A DNA stretch of 64,000 nt from Candidatus Daviesbacteria bacterium RIFCSPHIGHO2_12_FULL_37_16 (GTDB lineage: Bacteria > Patescibacteriota > Microgenomatia > Daviesbacterales > UBA10151), in assembly GCA_001776785.1 (NCBI GenBank), contig MFDF01000002.1, positions 6,894-70,893 of the forward strand, written 5' to 3'. This document shows, piece by piece, positions 1-10,180 of the stretch. Within the stretch, counting starts at the first letter, position 1; the number at the start of each line of letters is the position of its first letter. The notes under the pieces were generated by a model. It ran no database searches. It worked only from the letters and a program-made list of their open reading frames with translations, and was not told where the DNA came from. Both the position numbers and the translations under genes were made by a program.

Positions 1-1
1 T

Positions 2-196
2 ACAATTGAACCTTACTTAAACAGTCTAATTATTTACATGAAAAGATTGGAATTTAAAATATTATATAGTTCCAGTTATTGGAGGGTTGATAGGTTTACA
101 CTTTTCCAATTTCCATTTAGAATTTTGGGTAGTTTAGGTGTTTATCCTTTCAGGTATTGGGGGCCACACTTATGTTTAGTAGCAGAAAAAAAATAG
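2..196 (+). CDS. 3' end of a gene running in from the left edge, probably a class I SAM-dependent methyltransferase
   Basis: Frame 2 is open from the window edge (TIEPYLNSLIIY...PFRYWGPHLCLVAEKK*) to TAG at 194-196; the xxLVAxK terminus resembles methyltransferase C-termini. Partial, so the product call is weak. Confidence 0.5.
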   Translation, partial: TIEPYLNSLIIYMKRLEFKILYSSSYWRVDRFTLFQFPFRILGSLGVYPFRYWGPHLCLVAEKK

Positions 197-1014
197 AATC
201 AAATCAAATTTGTCTAATTTGTAAATCAAAAACTTATTTATTCGCAAAAATTAAAAATTACGAAATATATAAATGTTTAATCTGCGGATTCGGTTTTACA
301 ACAAATTTAAAAAAACAAACTGGTGATTACCATAGGGATGAAGAATATTTTTTGGAAGAGGATTTATTTAGAAATATTTTTTTAAAAAGAGTAAGGATTA
401 TTTCAAAGTTTGTAAAACCTCCTGCTAAAATTTTAGAGGTTGGTTGTTCAAATGGATTAATGCTTTCTTTGTTTAAAGAGAAGGGTTATGAGGTAGTTGG
501 TATAGAAATATCTACTAAAGCTTCAGAACTTGCAGAGAAAAAGGGAATAAAAGTTATCAGACAGCCATTTGAAAAAATTATCTTTGAAGAAAGGTTTGAT
601 GTAATTATTTTTAATCATACACTGGAACATCTTAGTAACCCGCTGGAAGTTTTGAGAAAAGCAAAAAAAGTACTTAAACCAAAAGGAATTTTATATATTG
701 ATTTACCTAATTTTGATAGTCTTTCTGCAAAAACTTTAAAAGGGAGATGGCCGCTTTTACTTCCTGATGAACACCTTTGGCATTTTACTGAGAAAGCATT
801 TATTAACATATTTAAGAATTTAGATTTTAAAATTATTTATGTTGAGAAGGCTTCAGGAATTTGGGATTTAGAGAATCCTTTAAAAGAACTTTTTGTTTCC
901 TTTAAAGGAATGAAGAAAAGATTTTTTAAAGAGTTTATTACAGTAAAGTCTTCGTATATAATTTCAAAAATGAAGGTTGGGACTGATTTGATGATACTTG
1001 CCAGAAAAAAATAG
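172..1014 (+). CDS. Class I SAM-dependent methyltransferase with N-terminal zinc-ribbon
   Basis: CLIC...CLIC zinc ribbon, motif I ILEVGCSNG, FDVIIFNHTLEHL, LKPKGILYI. Start moved to the in-frame ATG at 172. Confidence 0.85.
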   Translation: MFSSRKKIESNQICLICKSKTYLFAKIKNYEIYKCLICGFGFTTNLKKQTGDYHRDEEYFLEEDLFRNIFLKRVRIISKFVKPPAKILEVGCSNGLMLSLFKEKGYEVVGIEISTKASELAEKKGIKVIRQPFEKIIFEERFDVIIFNHTLEHLSNPLEVLRKAKKVLKPKGILYIDLPNFDSLSAKTLKGRWPLLLPDEHLWHFTEKAFINIFKNLDFKIIYVEKASGIWDLENPLKELFVSFKGMKKRFFKEFITVKSSYIISKMKVGTDLMILARKK

Positions 1015-2403
1015 ATGGTTAACCTCTCTTTAATTCTTCTTTTGCTTTTGCATATTTTACTTTTGTCCCAACTTAAATTTACAGCCTGGCCTGAGATGCT
1101 ATCTTACCCCTATCTTTTTTCTAACAATTTTTTGCCATACAAAGATTTTGTAATTCCGTACACACCTTTATTGGTTGTAATTCTTTCTTTCGTTTTTAAT
1201 ATCTTTGGATTCAGTACAGAAGTTTTAAAGATTTTAACTTGGGTAATACTTTTAATAAATGATTTAATAATCTTTTTAATTTTAAAACAAATTTCTAAAA
1301 AAGATTTACTTAATTTATTCATTTTAGCAATTTATATTTTTCTTTCTTCTTTTTTGGATGGAAATATGCTTTGGGTTGATAATACAACAGTTACACCGAC
1401 ACTTTTATTCTCTTATTTTGGAATTATTTGGATTAAGGAGAAAAAACTTTCAAATTTTTTCATGACCGCATTTTTTTTAAGCTTAACTATACTTATTAAA
1501 CAAATAGCGATTGTATACCTAGGATTTTTTATCATCTTTTGCCTAAGTCTAAGAAAAATAGACTTAAAAGAAATTCTTATTTTTTTTGCAGGACTATTGA
1601 TTCCTATATTTTTATTCTTTATGTATTTGATATCAAATAATATTCCTTGGGAGTTTTATAATTGGACTTTGTATTACCCCTTAGTTTTTTGGAGGAATTT
1701 TCCAGGATATGTTGATTTTCAAATTACAAAAACAGAAATTTTTATATTGCTTTTTCTTCTTTCTTTAATTCTACTACCTTTAGTTAATTTTAAAAGATTT
1801 TTAGATAAAAAAGAGCCTTTATTCATCATTCTTACATTAATTGCTGCATTAATTGCTGTCTATCCGAGGTTTTCTTTTTTCCACCTGCAAGCAGCCTTGG
1901 CATTAGGCATTATTTTGTTTACTTTTATTTATGTAAATATTGATACTAAATACAGAAATTGGTTACTGGCCTATGTCTTATTAGTAATCCTGACTGTATT
2001 TTTTCTTCTTAGAAATCAAGTATTTAGTCAAGAGATAAGATTTTATTCGCCTGATGATAGAAAATTGAGTATAGATATAGAAAGAATATTACAGGGTGAG
2101 AAAAAAACATATTTTTTGGGATTAAATTCTTCACAATATGTATTTACAAATACTATTCCTCCAAAACCCTGGATAGAAGGTTTTTTGTGGTATATGGAAA
2201 GTCCTGGAGTGCAAGATCTCTTTATAGAAGGGTTAGAGAATGAAAAACCAAATTTCATATTTGTTAAAAAGCCTGTTAATGGTAATTGGTTTGATCTGGA
2301 GACCTATCAGCCAAAGGGGGTTATGAGTTATATATTCAACAATTACTCAGTTAGTGAAATAATAAATGGAGACATTGAAGTATGGAAAAGAAAAAAAGAA
2401 TAG
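1015..2403 (+). CDS. GT-C superfamily (ArnT/PMT-like) polytopic membrane glycosyltransferase
   Basis: Many TM segments, first-loop LPYKDFVIPYTP motif, KQ motif after a mid TM, soluble C-terminal tail. Confidence 0.65.
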   Translation: MVNLSLILLLLLHILLLSQLKFTAWPEMLSYPYLFSNNFLPYKDFVIPYTPLLVVILSFVFNIFGFSTEVLKILTWVILLINDLIIFLILKQISKKDLLNLFILAIYIFLSSFLDGNMLWVDNTTVTPTLLFSYFGIIWIKEKKLSNFFMTAFFLSLTILIKQIAIVYLGFFIIFCLSLRKIDLKEILIFFAGLLIPIFLFFMYLISNNIPWEFYNWTLYYPLVFWRNFPGYVDFQITKTEIFILLFLLSLILLPLVNFKRFLDKKEPLFIILTLIAALIAVYPRFSFFHLQAALALGIILFTFIYVNIDTKYRNWLLAYVLLVILTVFFLLRNQVFSQEIRFYSPDDRKLSIDIERILQGEKKTYFLGLNSSQYVFTNTIPPKPWIEGFLWYMESPGVQDLFIEGLENEKPNFIFVKKPVNGNWFDLETYQPKGVMSYIFNNYSVSEIINGDIEVWKRKKE

Positions 2404-3335
2404 TTTTTCTATCAAGGTATGTTGGTGTTGTTGATAGAGGTGTAGAGACCTATGTGCTTGAATTATCAAAAAGGTTAAAACATGATTTTGATGTGGAGAT
2501 ATTTAGTAACGAGACTAGTGATGACATTAGGAAAGTTATAAAGGGTAAGTTTGATGTTGTAATACCTACAAATGGGCGGGTACAGTCTTTAAAGGTTTTA
2601 TTTGGAAAGTTATTTTCAAAATACAAAGTAATTATTCCAGGTCAGGCTGGTGTTGGAAGAGATGATTTGTGGAACATACTTATTACTGTACCTGATGTAT
2701 ATGTTGCCTTAACAGATTATGAAAAAGATTGGGCTAAGAAATGGGCATGGAAAACTATAGTAGTAAAAATACCAAATGGAGTAGACCTTAGGAGATTTAA
2801 GCCTGGAGAAAAGATTGATTTTGGCCTTGAAAAACCAGTAGTGCTTAGTGTAGGTGCGCTGGATTGGTATAAGTATCATGAGTTAGCAATAAAAGCAGTT
2901 TCCAGGATGAGAAAGGGATCATTATTAATAGTGGGTAGAGGTCAGCTGAAAAAACAATTAGAAGATTTAGGAAAAAGAATGCTTGGAAATAGATTTAAAA
3001 TAGCTGAGTTTGATTTTAATGATATGTCAAAGGTTTATAAAAGTGGTGATGTGTTTACTCTACCTTCCTGGATTAGAGAAAGCTTTGGAATTGTTTATGT
3101 GGAAGCAATGGCTTGCGGTTTAGCTGTAGTAGCTCCAGATGATTTACCAAGAAGGGAGATAATAGGCAAAGCTGGCATTTTGACTGATGTTTTTGATGAA
3201 GAAAAATATGCAAAGGCCTTAGAGGATGCATTAAACAGAGATTGGGGTCAAATTCCAGTAAAGCAGGCTGAAAAATTCAGTTGGGATTTAATAGCTTTAG
3301 AATATAAAAAGCTAATTAATTCACTTTTAGAATGA
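2382..3335 (+). CDS. Glycosyltransferase family 4
   Basis: IPNGVD, DVFTLPSWIRESFGIVYVEAMACG (ExFGxxxxEA), FSW. Confidence 0.9.
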   Translation: MEKKKRIVFLSRYVGVVDRGVETYVLELSKRLKHDFDVEIFSNETSDDIRKVIKGKFDVVIPTNGRVQSLKVLFGKLFSKYKVIIPGQAGVGRDDLWNILITVPDVYVALTDYEKDWAKKWAWKTIVVKIPNGVDLRRFKPGEKIDFGLEKPVVLSVGALDWYKYHELAIKAVSRMRKGSLLIVGRGQLKKQLEDLGKRMLGNRFKIAEFDFNDMSKVYKSGDVFTLPSWIRESFGIVYVEAMACGLAVVAPDDLPRREIIGKAGILTDVFDEEKYAKALEDALNRDWGQIPVKQAEKFSWDLIALEYKKLINSLLE

Positions 3336-4186
3336 AAGTTTCAGTAATAATACCTACATTTAATGAAGAGAAAGATATAGTTGAGTGTTTAGAGTCTCTA
3401 AAAAATCAAACTCTTAAAGCATTAGAAATTATAGTAATAGATGATGGATCGACTGACAATACTTTAAGAGTATTGTCAGAATTTCCAATTTCAAATTTCC
3501 AATTTCAAATTATTAAACAAAATCACAAAGGTCCGGGACAGGCAAGGAATTTGGGGGCAAAAAATGCAAAAGGTGAAATACTGGTTTTTGTGGATGCTGA
3601 TATGACATTTGATAAAAAATTTATTGAAAAATTAGTTGAGCCAATAATTAATGGTCAGTCTAAGGGGACATTTAGTAAGGAAGAATTTTTAGAAAATAAG
3701 AACAATGTTTGGAGTAAGTGCTGGAATGTCAACAAAGGTCTTCCGATAGACAGAATGCATGGTAAAGACTATCCGGATGAACAACCAGTTTTTAGGGCAA
3801 TATTAAAGGAGGAGTTTATTGATGCTGGAGGGTTTGAATCAATAGGATACATAGATGATTACACCCTATCTGAAAAGTTGGGATATAAAGCAACAGCTGC
3901 TGCTGGAGCAATCTTTTATCATAAAAACCCAGCTTCATTAAGTGAGGTATTTAAACAAGCCAGATGGGTAGGGAAATCCGAATATAAGAGAAGAAAGATT
4001 AGTAATGAAGATTTAATGAGAGTTTTATCAATGATTAGATACAGTTTACTGTTTAGTATATTTAATGGTTTTGTGAAATCTTTTAAATATAACCTTCCGC
4101 AGTTTTTAATCTTCAAAATAGTTTATGATTTTGCAGTTGAAATATCACTTATTAATTCATTTTATGGAGAACAAAAGTATAAATGA
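3332..4186 (+). CDS. Glycosyltransferase family 2
   Basis: VSVIIPTFNEE, IDDGSTD, ARNLG, FVDAD (DxD). Confidence 0.9.
   Translation: MKVSVIIPTFNEEKDIVECLESLKNQTLKALEIIVIDDGSTDNTLRVLSEFPISNFQFQIIKQNHKGPGQARNLGAKNAKGEILVFVDADMTFDKKFIEKLVEPIINGQSKGTFSKEEFLENKNNVWSKCWNVNKGLPIDRMHGKDYPDEQPVFRAILKEEFIDAGGFESIGYIDDYTLSEKLGYKATAAAGAIFYHKNPASLSEVFKQARWVGKSEYKRRKISNEDLMRVLSMIRYSLLFSIFNGFVKSFKYNLPQFLIFKIVYDFAVEISLINSFYGEQKYK
3480..3511 (+). repeat. Heptamer tandem repeat (AATTTCM x4.5) inside a CDS
   Basis: AATTTCC AATTTCA AATTTCC AATTTCA AATT, read as FPISNFQFQI. Confidence 0.85.
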
Positions 4187-5586
4187 TAATTCTAATTTTA
4201 CTTTTGGGATTAGTTTTAAGGCTTATTAGAATTGACCAATCATTTTGGTTAGATGAAGCGTCACAAGCTATCATGTCATCTCAGTCACTTTCTTCTATTT
4301 GGTTTGGAAGAGAAGGGGATTTTCACCCACCCCTTTCATATATTTTTTCTCATTTCTTTTTGACTGCTTCCCATAATGATATTTGGTTAAGGATGTTGCC
4401 AATTTTATTTGGTATAGGCAGCATTTATTTTTTGTATATAATTGGACAAAAATTATTTAATAAAAGAATAGCACTTGTTGGAGCAACTTTGTTAGCTATT
4501 TCTCCCTATCATATTTATTATTCCCAGGAATTTAGAATGTATTCACAAGCAGTATTTTTTGGACTGTTAACATTCAATTTTTTTATAGATTATTTAGAAA
4601 AGAATAGTTTTAGAAATGTATGTCTTTTTGCGCTGAGTGGTGGAATGTTAATCTATACACATTACTTTGGAATGTTTTTATTAATAAGCATATTTTTTTA
4701 TGAGTTATTTTTTGAAAAAGCTAAAACTTTAAATTTAGTTAAAGCATTTTTACTAATTCTTGTTTTATATATACCCTGGATTCCTCAATTCATTTTACAA
4801 TTAAAAAGTGGAGTTGTTGCTGATCAAATTCTGCCTGGTTGGAGTAACATTTTAAATATCCCATTTCTAAAAGCTATTCCTTTAACTTTTTTAAAATTTA
4901 GTATTGGTAGAATTGATTTTGAAAGTAACTTTTTGTATTACATAGTAGCTCTAGTTGTCCTGAGTTTGTTTTTTACCCCAATTATTTATGGTATTAAAAA
5001 ATATAAGGGTCATAGCGTTAAATTTTTATTAAATTGGTTATTTTTGCCAATAACTTTAGCGGTTGCTGTCTCATTTTTTATACCCTTATTCCAGCCATTT
5101 AGGCTTTTATTTGTTTTGCCAGCCTATTATTTATTGATTGCTTTTGGATTATCCCAAACGGGTAAGTATAAGAATGTTTTAATAGCAGTAATTGTAGTAG
5201 TATCACTTATAAGTTTGGGAATTTATTACACAACTCCAAGATTTTTAAGAGAGGATTGGAAGGGAGCTGTTAACTATATAAACCAGAATGTTAAAGAGGG
5301 AGAGTTAGTGGTATTTGTCTGGCCTCAGCCATTTCCTCCTTATGATTGGTATAAAGGTAATGAGAATACATTAAGATTGGTAGATAGACTTCCAGTAAAA
5401 GAAGAAGATGTAAAGTTAAAACTAAATGGGATTAAAAATACTTCCAAAATTTATTTATTTGAATATCTACAGGATTTATCAGATCCAAAACGCACTACTC
5501 AAAAAGAAATAATAAGGTTAGGCTTTAAAGAGGGAGAGAAAAATGATTTTAATGGAGTTGGTTTTATTCAAATTTATCAAAAGTGA
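4183..5586 (+). CDS. GT-C (GT39/GT83, PMT/ArnT-like) membrane glycosyltransferase
   Basis: QSFWLDE catalytic-loop motif, DFHPPL, YYSQEFRMY, many TM segments. Confidence 0.8.
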   Translation: MIILILLLGLVLRLIRIDQSFWLDEASQAIMSSQSLSSIWFGREGDFHPPLSYIFSHFFLTASHNDIWLRMLPILFGIGSIYFLYIIGQKLFNKRIALVGATLLAISPYHIYYSQEFRMYSQAVFFGLLTFNFFIDYLEKNSFRNVCLFALSGGMLIYTHYFGMFLLISIFFYELFFEKAKTLNLVKAFLLILVLYIPWIPQFILQLKSGVVADQILPGWSNILNIPFLKAIPLTFLKFSIGRIDFESNFLYYIVALVVLSLFFTPIIYGIKKYKGHSVKFLLNWLFLPITLAVAVSFFIPLFQPFRLLFVLPAYYLLIAFGLSQTGKYKNVLIAVIVVVSLISLGIYYTTPRFLREDWKGAVNYINQNVKEGELVVFVWPQPFPPYDWYKGNENTLRLVDRLPVKEEDVKLKLNGIKNTSKIYLFEYLQDLSDPKRTTQKEIIRLGFKEGEKNDFNGVGFIQIYQK

Positions 5587-7082
5587 AGATATTATTAATT
5601 ATATTTGCCAGCCTATTTTTAATATATTCAAGTATTCAGTATGAAAATAAAGTTTTTGCAATCCATTTTGTTGATGAGGAAGATAATTTAGTTTTAGGAA
5701 AATACCTTTTAGATAATAAAAAACTATATGGAGATTTATTTTCCCATCACCAGCCTTATGGATATATATTAAGTGCAGGAATTCAAAAAGTTACAGATCC
5801 AAACAGTATTTTTCTTTTAATTAAAAGACACAGAGAGGCAATAATTGTATGGTCATTTATTTGGTCAATTCTATTAATTTTAAGATTTGGCTGGCTGCTT
5901 TTGGTTTTTGTAACTATTTATGAGCTTAGTAAAGTGTATTTGTTTGGAAATCTATTTCTAGCGGAGTCACTAGTTGTTTATCCTCTAATATATTTGTTTT
6001 CAAGTCTTTTTAAATTAAGAAAGAGAAATAAATGGGAAATTTTATTTTTAGGAAGTCTAATAAGTTTTAGTGCTTTAACTTTAAGTCCTGTCTGGCCAGT
6101 GCTTTTATTTACATTAATTATTATTTGGTATCAAGAAAATAAGTCTATTAATTTTTTGAAATTTGTAGCAATTGGAACAATCCCAATAATTGTAATTTCA
6201 GCTTTTTTTATAAATTTTAATGATTATTTATACAACGCTTTTTACATCAACCTTTTTTATTATATTCCGCTAACACATGGTGAGAGTGCGTTGTGGGGAA
6301 TCATTAAAGGATTTAGTGCACCAGTTCTTTCATTTTTTGTAAGTTCAAATGAATCACCAACGATATATTTAATTAGGATTTTTTCATTGGGTCTAATATT
6401 GGGTTTAGGATATCTTGTTAAATTAAAGGAATATAAGTCTGCTGCATTATTAATAGTGACTTTAGGTTTACTCAATCTGCGCTATATAGATCCTGGAGCA
6501 CAGTACTATAGAGGATTTCATTTACTTCCATGGTTTGCATCTTTAATTTTAGTTGTAACTTTAATATTTGAAAAAGTTTTTAATAAGAATAAAGCAATTG
6601 GACTTATATTAATGATAGGTCTACTTGGGTCCACAATTTATTACTGTTCAAATGAATTCTTAACAGTAAGGGATATTAATAAGGATTTTTATATTAATTA
6701 CTCAAGGCAGTTTAGTATTGGTGAGGCAATAAGAATTATGAAAACAGAAAAAGATACATTATTTGTTGCTCCTGATGAATGGCTTGTTTATTGGCAGGCT
6801 GATATAAACCCTGCAAGTAAGATGATCAACTATTATGCCTGGATGGATAAGGTGCCTGTTTTAAAAAATGAAATTGATAGAACTTTTAGGGATTCACCTC
6901 CAACATTTGTTTACTTAAATCTTGTAGGAACAGGTTTTGAGCCATATTTAGATAATTATATTAACTTAGTAAGAGATGGAAAAAATGTAAATTTATATGT
7001 AGAAGATGATAGGTTTTCTAGTTTAAGTAAAGAACAGTTAAACCAGCTTAAATTTCATAATTTTGAATTAATTAAGCAATGA
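5583..7082 (+). CDS. GT-C-like polytopic membrane protein
   Basis: FVDEED after TM1, LYGDLFSHHQP, many TM segments, soluble C-terminal tail; GTG start overlaps the upstream stop. Confidence 0.65.
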   Translation: MKILLIIFASLFLIYSSIQYENKVFAIHFVDEEDNLVLGKYLLDNKKLYGDLFSHHQPYGYILSAGIQKVTDPNSIFLLIKRHREAIIVWSFIWSILLILRFGWLLLVFVTIYELSKVYLFGNLFLAESLVVYPLIYLFSSLFKLRKRNKWEILFLGSLISFSALTLSPVWPVLLFTLIIIWYQENKSINFLKFVAIGTIPIIVISAFFINFNDYLYNAFYINLFYYIPLTHGESALWGIIKGFSAPVLSFFVSSNESPTIYLIRIFSLGLILGLGYLVKLKEYKSAALLIVTLGLLNLRYIDPGAQYYRGFHLLPWFASLILVVTLIFEKVFNKNKAIGLILMIGLLGSTIYYCSNEFLTVRDINKDFYINYSRQFSIGEAIRIMKTEKDTLFVAPDEWLVYWQADINPASKMINYYAWMDKVPVLKNEIDRTFRDSPPTFVYLNLVGTGFEPYLDNYINLVRDGKNVNLYVEDDRFSSLSKEQLNQLKFHNFELIKQ

Positions 7083-7096
7083 GTTAATCTATTAAT

Positions 7097-8116
7097 ATGC
7101 AAAATAAATTGAAAGTTGGCTTTGATATATCACAAATTGCTCATACTGGTGGAGTGGGTGTCTATACTCAGAATTTAGCTAAAAATCTTTTAAATGATGA
7201 AGATTTAGAGATGGTTTTTTTCTATTCTTCTCTTAGAAAACCCTATAAAGGATCTTTAAAAAATGTTAAAGCCTTTAGATTACCTCCTACGATGTTTGAG
7301 GTTTTATTTAATAGAGTAAGGACAACAAAAATAGAAAAGTTTTTAGGGGATTTAGATATTTTTCACAGTTCAGATTGGGTACAACCACCAAGTAATGCAA
7401 AACAAGTAACTACTTATCATGATGTCATACCATTAAAATATCCTGGGTGGTCAACCTCTAAGATAGTTTCTGTCCATAAAAGAAGGCTTAAAATAGTTGA
7501 AAAAGAAATTGATATGGTGATAGCTGTTTCAGAGGCAACAAAAAAAGACTTACTTGAAGTAAGCCAAATTCCTGAAGAAAAAATAAAAGTTATCTATGAG
7601 GGGGTTGAAGAAAGATTTAAAATTCAAAAAAAAGAAGATATAGAAGAATTTAAAAAGAAATATAATTTACCAAATAATTTTTTAATGGCAATTGGAGGAA
7701 TTGGTGAAAGAAAGAATTTAAAAAGGATTAAAGAGGCAAGTAAAGATTACAATTTAATAGTTTTAGGTGAGGATGTTCAAGTTTCCAGAGAGGAACTGCC
7801 ACTTTTATATGCTAGTGCTGAACTTTTAGTTTATGCATCTTTGTATGAAGGGTTTGGGTTGCCGATTCTAGAAGCAATGGCTTGTGGAACTTTAGTTGTG
7901 ACTTCGAATGTTTCTTCTATGCCAGAGATTGCTGGAGAAGCTGCTGTTTTAGTAAAACCTGCAAGTGTGGAGAGTATTAGAAATGGGATTGTTAAAGCAT
8001 TAGACAAAAACGATGAATTAGTTGAGAAAGGGTTAGAAAGGGCAAAAGAATTTAGTTGGGAAAAATGCGCAAAAGAAACAGCACAGGTATATAAAGAGTT
8101 GGGGGATAAAGAATGA
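7097..8116 (+). CDS. Glycosyltransferase family 4 (MtfB/WbpY-like)
   Basis: GGVGVY, TYHD, IAVSEATK, SLYEGFGLPILEAMACG, FSW. Confidence 0.9.
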   Translation: MQNKLKVGFDISQIAHTGGVGVYTQNLAKNLLNDEDLEMVFFYSSLRKPYKGSLKNVKAFRLPPTMFEVLFNRVRTTKIEKFLGDLDIFHSSDWVQPPSNAKQVTTYHDVIPLKYPGWSTSKIVSVHKRRLKIVEKEIDMVIAVSEATKKDLLEVSQIPEEKIKVIYEGVEERFKIQKKEDIEEFKKKYNLPNNFLMAIGGIGERKNLKRIKEASKDYNLIVLGEDVQVSREELPLLYASAELLVYASLYEGFGLPILEAMACGTLVVTSNVSSMPEIAGEAAVLVKPASVESIRNGIVKALDKNDELVEKGLERAKEFSWEKCAKETAQVYKELGDKE

Positions 8117-9231
8117 AAAAGATTTGGGTGGATGGGACTGAGGCTAATGTTAATCAAAGGCTTGGATCAGGGGCTGTTGCTTTTGAACTAATTAAAAATT
8201 TTGAAAAGTTAGACAAAAAAAATGACTATACAGTTTTGTTACCTGGTAAACCAATGGAAGATTTGCCTAGAGAAAGGTCAGGGTTTAGATATAAAATTAT
8301 TAGAATAAAAAAATTAAAAACTCTAGTTGGGATTCCACTCGAGCATTTCTTTTCCAAAGAAAAACCTGATGTGATTTTTAGTCCCACACACTATATACCA
8401 AGGTATATAAATACTAAAAGAGTGGCAACTATTTTTGATCTTTCTTATCTGCACTTTCCCCAGATGTTTAAAAAAAGTGATTTATATAAACTGACTAGGT
8501 GGTCTGAATATTCTATAGAAAATGCCAGCCATTTAGTAACTATATCTAATTTTTCCAAAAAAGATTTGTTAAAAAATTACAGGATTCCTAAAGATAAAAT
8601 TACGGTTGCATATCCAGGCTTTGATGAAGATTTTTATAAGCCAATTAATGATAAAGAAGCAATTGATAATATCAAAAGAAAGTATAGGAGTGGGGATAAC
8701 TACATTATATATATAGGGACCATCCAGCCCAGAAAAAATCTATTAAGGTTAATTGAAGCGTTTGTAAAAATTGACAACCTAAAATTAATTATTGTTGGGA
8801 AAACTACTGGTGAGGGTAAAGAGGGTTGGATTTATAAGGATATTTTAGAATTACCTGAAAAATTGGGAATATCTGAGAAAATTGAATTTACAGGATATGT
8901 AGAGAAGGATGAACTGGTTTATTTATTGAATGGTGCAAAAGCTTTTATACTGCCATCCCTTTGGGAGGGATTTGGGATTCCTGTGGTTGAGGCAATGGTT
9001 TGTGGTGTGCCAGTTATAGTATCAAATGTATCTTCTCTGCCTGAAATTGTTGGGGATGCCGGGCTTTTGGTAAATCCTAAATCAGTTGATCAGATTGAAC
9101 AGGCAATAAGAACCATATCCACTGATAAAAAACTTCACGAGAAGCTTTCAAAAAAAGGGATTGAGAGGGCAAAAAGGTATTCCTGGAAAAAGATGGCAAG
9201 AGAAGTGATAAGGGTATTGGAAAAGATTTAA
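8113..9231 (+). CDS. Glycosyltransferase family 4 (MtfB/WbpY-like)
   Basis: GTIQPRKN, PSLWEGFGIPVVEAM, SSLPEIVGDAG. Confidence 0.9.
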   Translation: MKKIWVDGTEANVNQRLGSGAVAFELIKNFEKLDKKNDYTVLLPGKPMEDLPRERSGFRYKIIRIKKLKTLVGIPLEHFFSKEKPDVIFSPTHYIPRYINTKRVATIFDLSYLHFPQMFKKSDLYKLTRWSEYSIENASHLVTISNFSKKDLLKNYRIPKDKITVAYPGFDEDFYKPINDKEAIDNIKRKYRSGDNYIIYIGTIQPRKNLLRLIEAFVKIDNLKLIIVGKTTGEGKEGWIYKDILELPEKLGISEKIEFTGYVEKDELVYLLNGAKAFILPSLWEGFGIPVVEAMVCGVPVIVSNVSSLPEIVGDAGLLVNPKSVDQIEQAIRTISTDKKLHEKLSKKGIERAKRYSWKKMAREVIRVLEKI

Positions 9232-9250
9232 GGTAATTTGCTTTTTTACT

Positions 9251-9266
9251 TTCTGACTTCGCGCCC
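9251..9266. repeat. Fragment matching one end of the 28.15 kb / 63.45 kb structured element
   Basis: TTCTGACTTCGCGCCC versus TTCTGACTTCGCGTCC near 63556-63571 (15/16 identical), in an intergenic gap. Confidence 0.5.
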
Positions 9267-9287
9267 TATTCAATATATAATAAACTT

Positions 9288-10166
9288 ATGAATGTATCTA
9301 TCGTTATACCAAATTGGAATGGGGAGGAAAGATTAAGAAGAAACTTACCTAAGGTTTTAGAGGTGGGTGATGTTGATGAAATAATTGTAGTTGATGACGG
9401 GTCAACTGATGGAAGTGTGCAACTTTTAGAAAGGGAATTTCCAAAAGTAAAATTAATAAAAAAGCAAAAAAATTCCGGTTTTTCTTCAACTGTAAATTTG
9501 GGGGTAAAAGAAGCAAAAGGGGAATTAATATTCCTTCTCAATTCTGATGCTGTTCCAGCAAGAGACTGCTTAAAATTTATACTTCCACATTTTAAAGATC
9601 CAAGGGTTTTTAGTGTGGGATTAAATAATGGTGGTTCATGGTCCTGGGCCAAATTTGAAGATGGATATTTTTGGCACTATCAGTCAAAAGAAAAAACACC
9701 AAAGATCCACCAGACTCTTTGGGTTTCAGGGGGGAGTGGTGTTTTTAGAAAAGATATCTGGGAAAAACTAGGAGGGTTAGATGAGCTTTTTGACCCATTT
9801 TATGAGGAGGATTTGGATTTAGGTTATAGGGCAACCAAAAGAGGGTATATTAATTTATGGGAACCAAAAGCAATAGTTGAGCATGGTAAAACAAAAGGTG
9901 TAATAGAAGAAAATTTTTCTAAATCAAGTGTTTCAGCTATTGCCCAGAGAAATCAGCTTTTGTTTATCTGGAAAAATATTACAGATGAAGATTTGTTTAT
10001 GCAGCATAAAATCAGTCTAATAAAAAAATTATTAATTAGTCCGAAGTATTGGTCAGTATTGATTTCAGCTTTAGGGAAAATGGGTAAGTTGAGATCTAAA
10101 AGACTGAGAGAGATAAAAGATGAAGCAATTTCTGATAAAGAGATCTTGAAAAAGTTTAAGGATTGA
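9288..10166 (+). CDS. Glycosyltransferase family 2
   Basis: VSIVIPNWNG, VVDDGSTDGS, LLNSD, FYEEDLDL. Confidence 0.9.
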   Translation: MNVSIVIPNWNGEERLRRNLPKVLEVGDVDEIIVVDDGSTDGSVQLLEREFPKVKLIKKQKNSGFSSTVNLGVKEAKGELIFLLNSDAVPARDCLKFILPHFKDPRVFSVGLNNGGSWSWAKFEDGYFWHYQSKEKTPKIHQTLWVSGGSGVFRKDIWEKLGGLDELFDPFYEEDLDLGYRATKRGYINLWEPKAIVEHGKTKGVIEENFSKSSVSAIAQRNQLLFIWKNITDEDLFMQHKISLIKKLLISPKYWSVLISALGKMGKLRSKRLREIKDEAISDKEILKKFKD

Positions 10167-10180
10167 TTAGAATCTAATCC

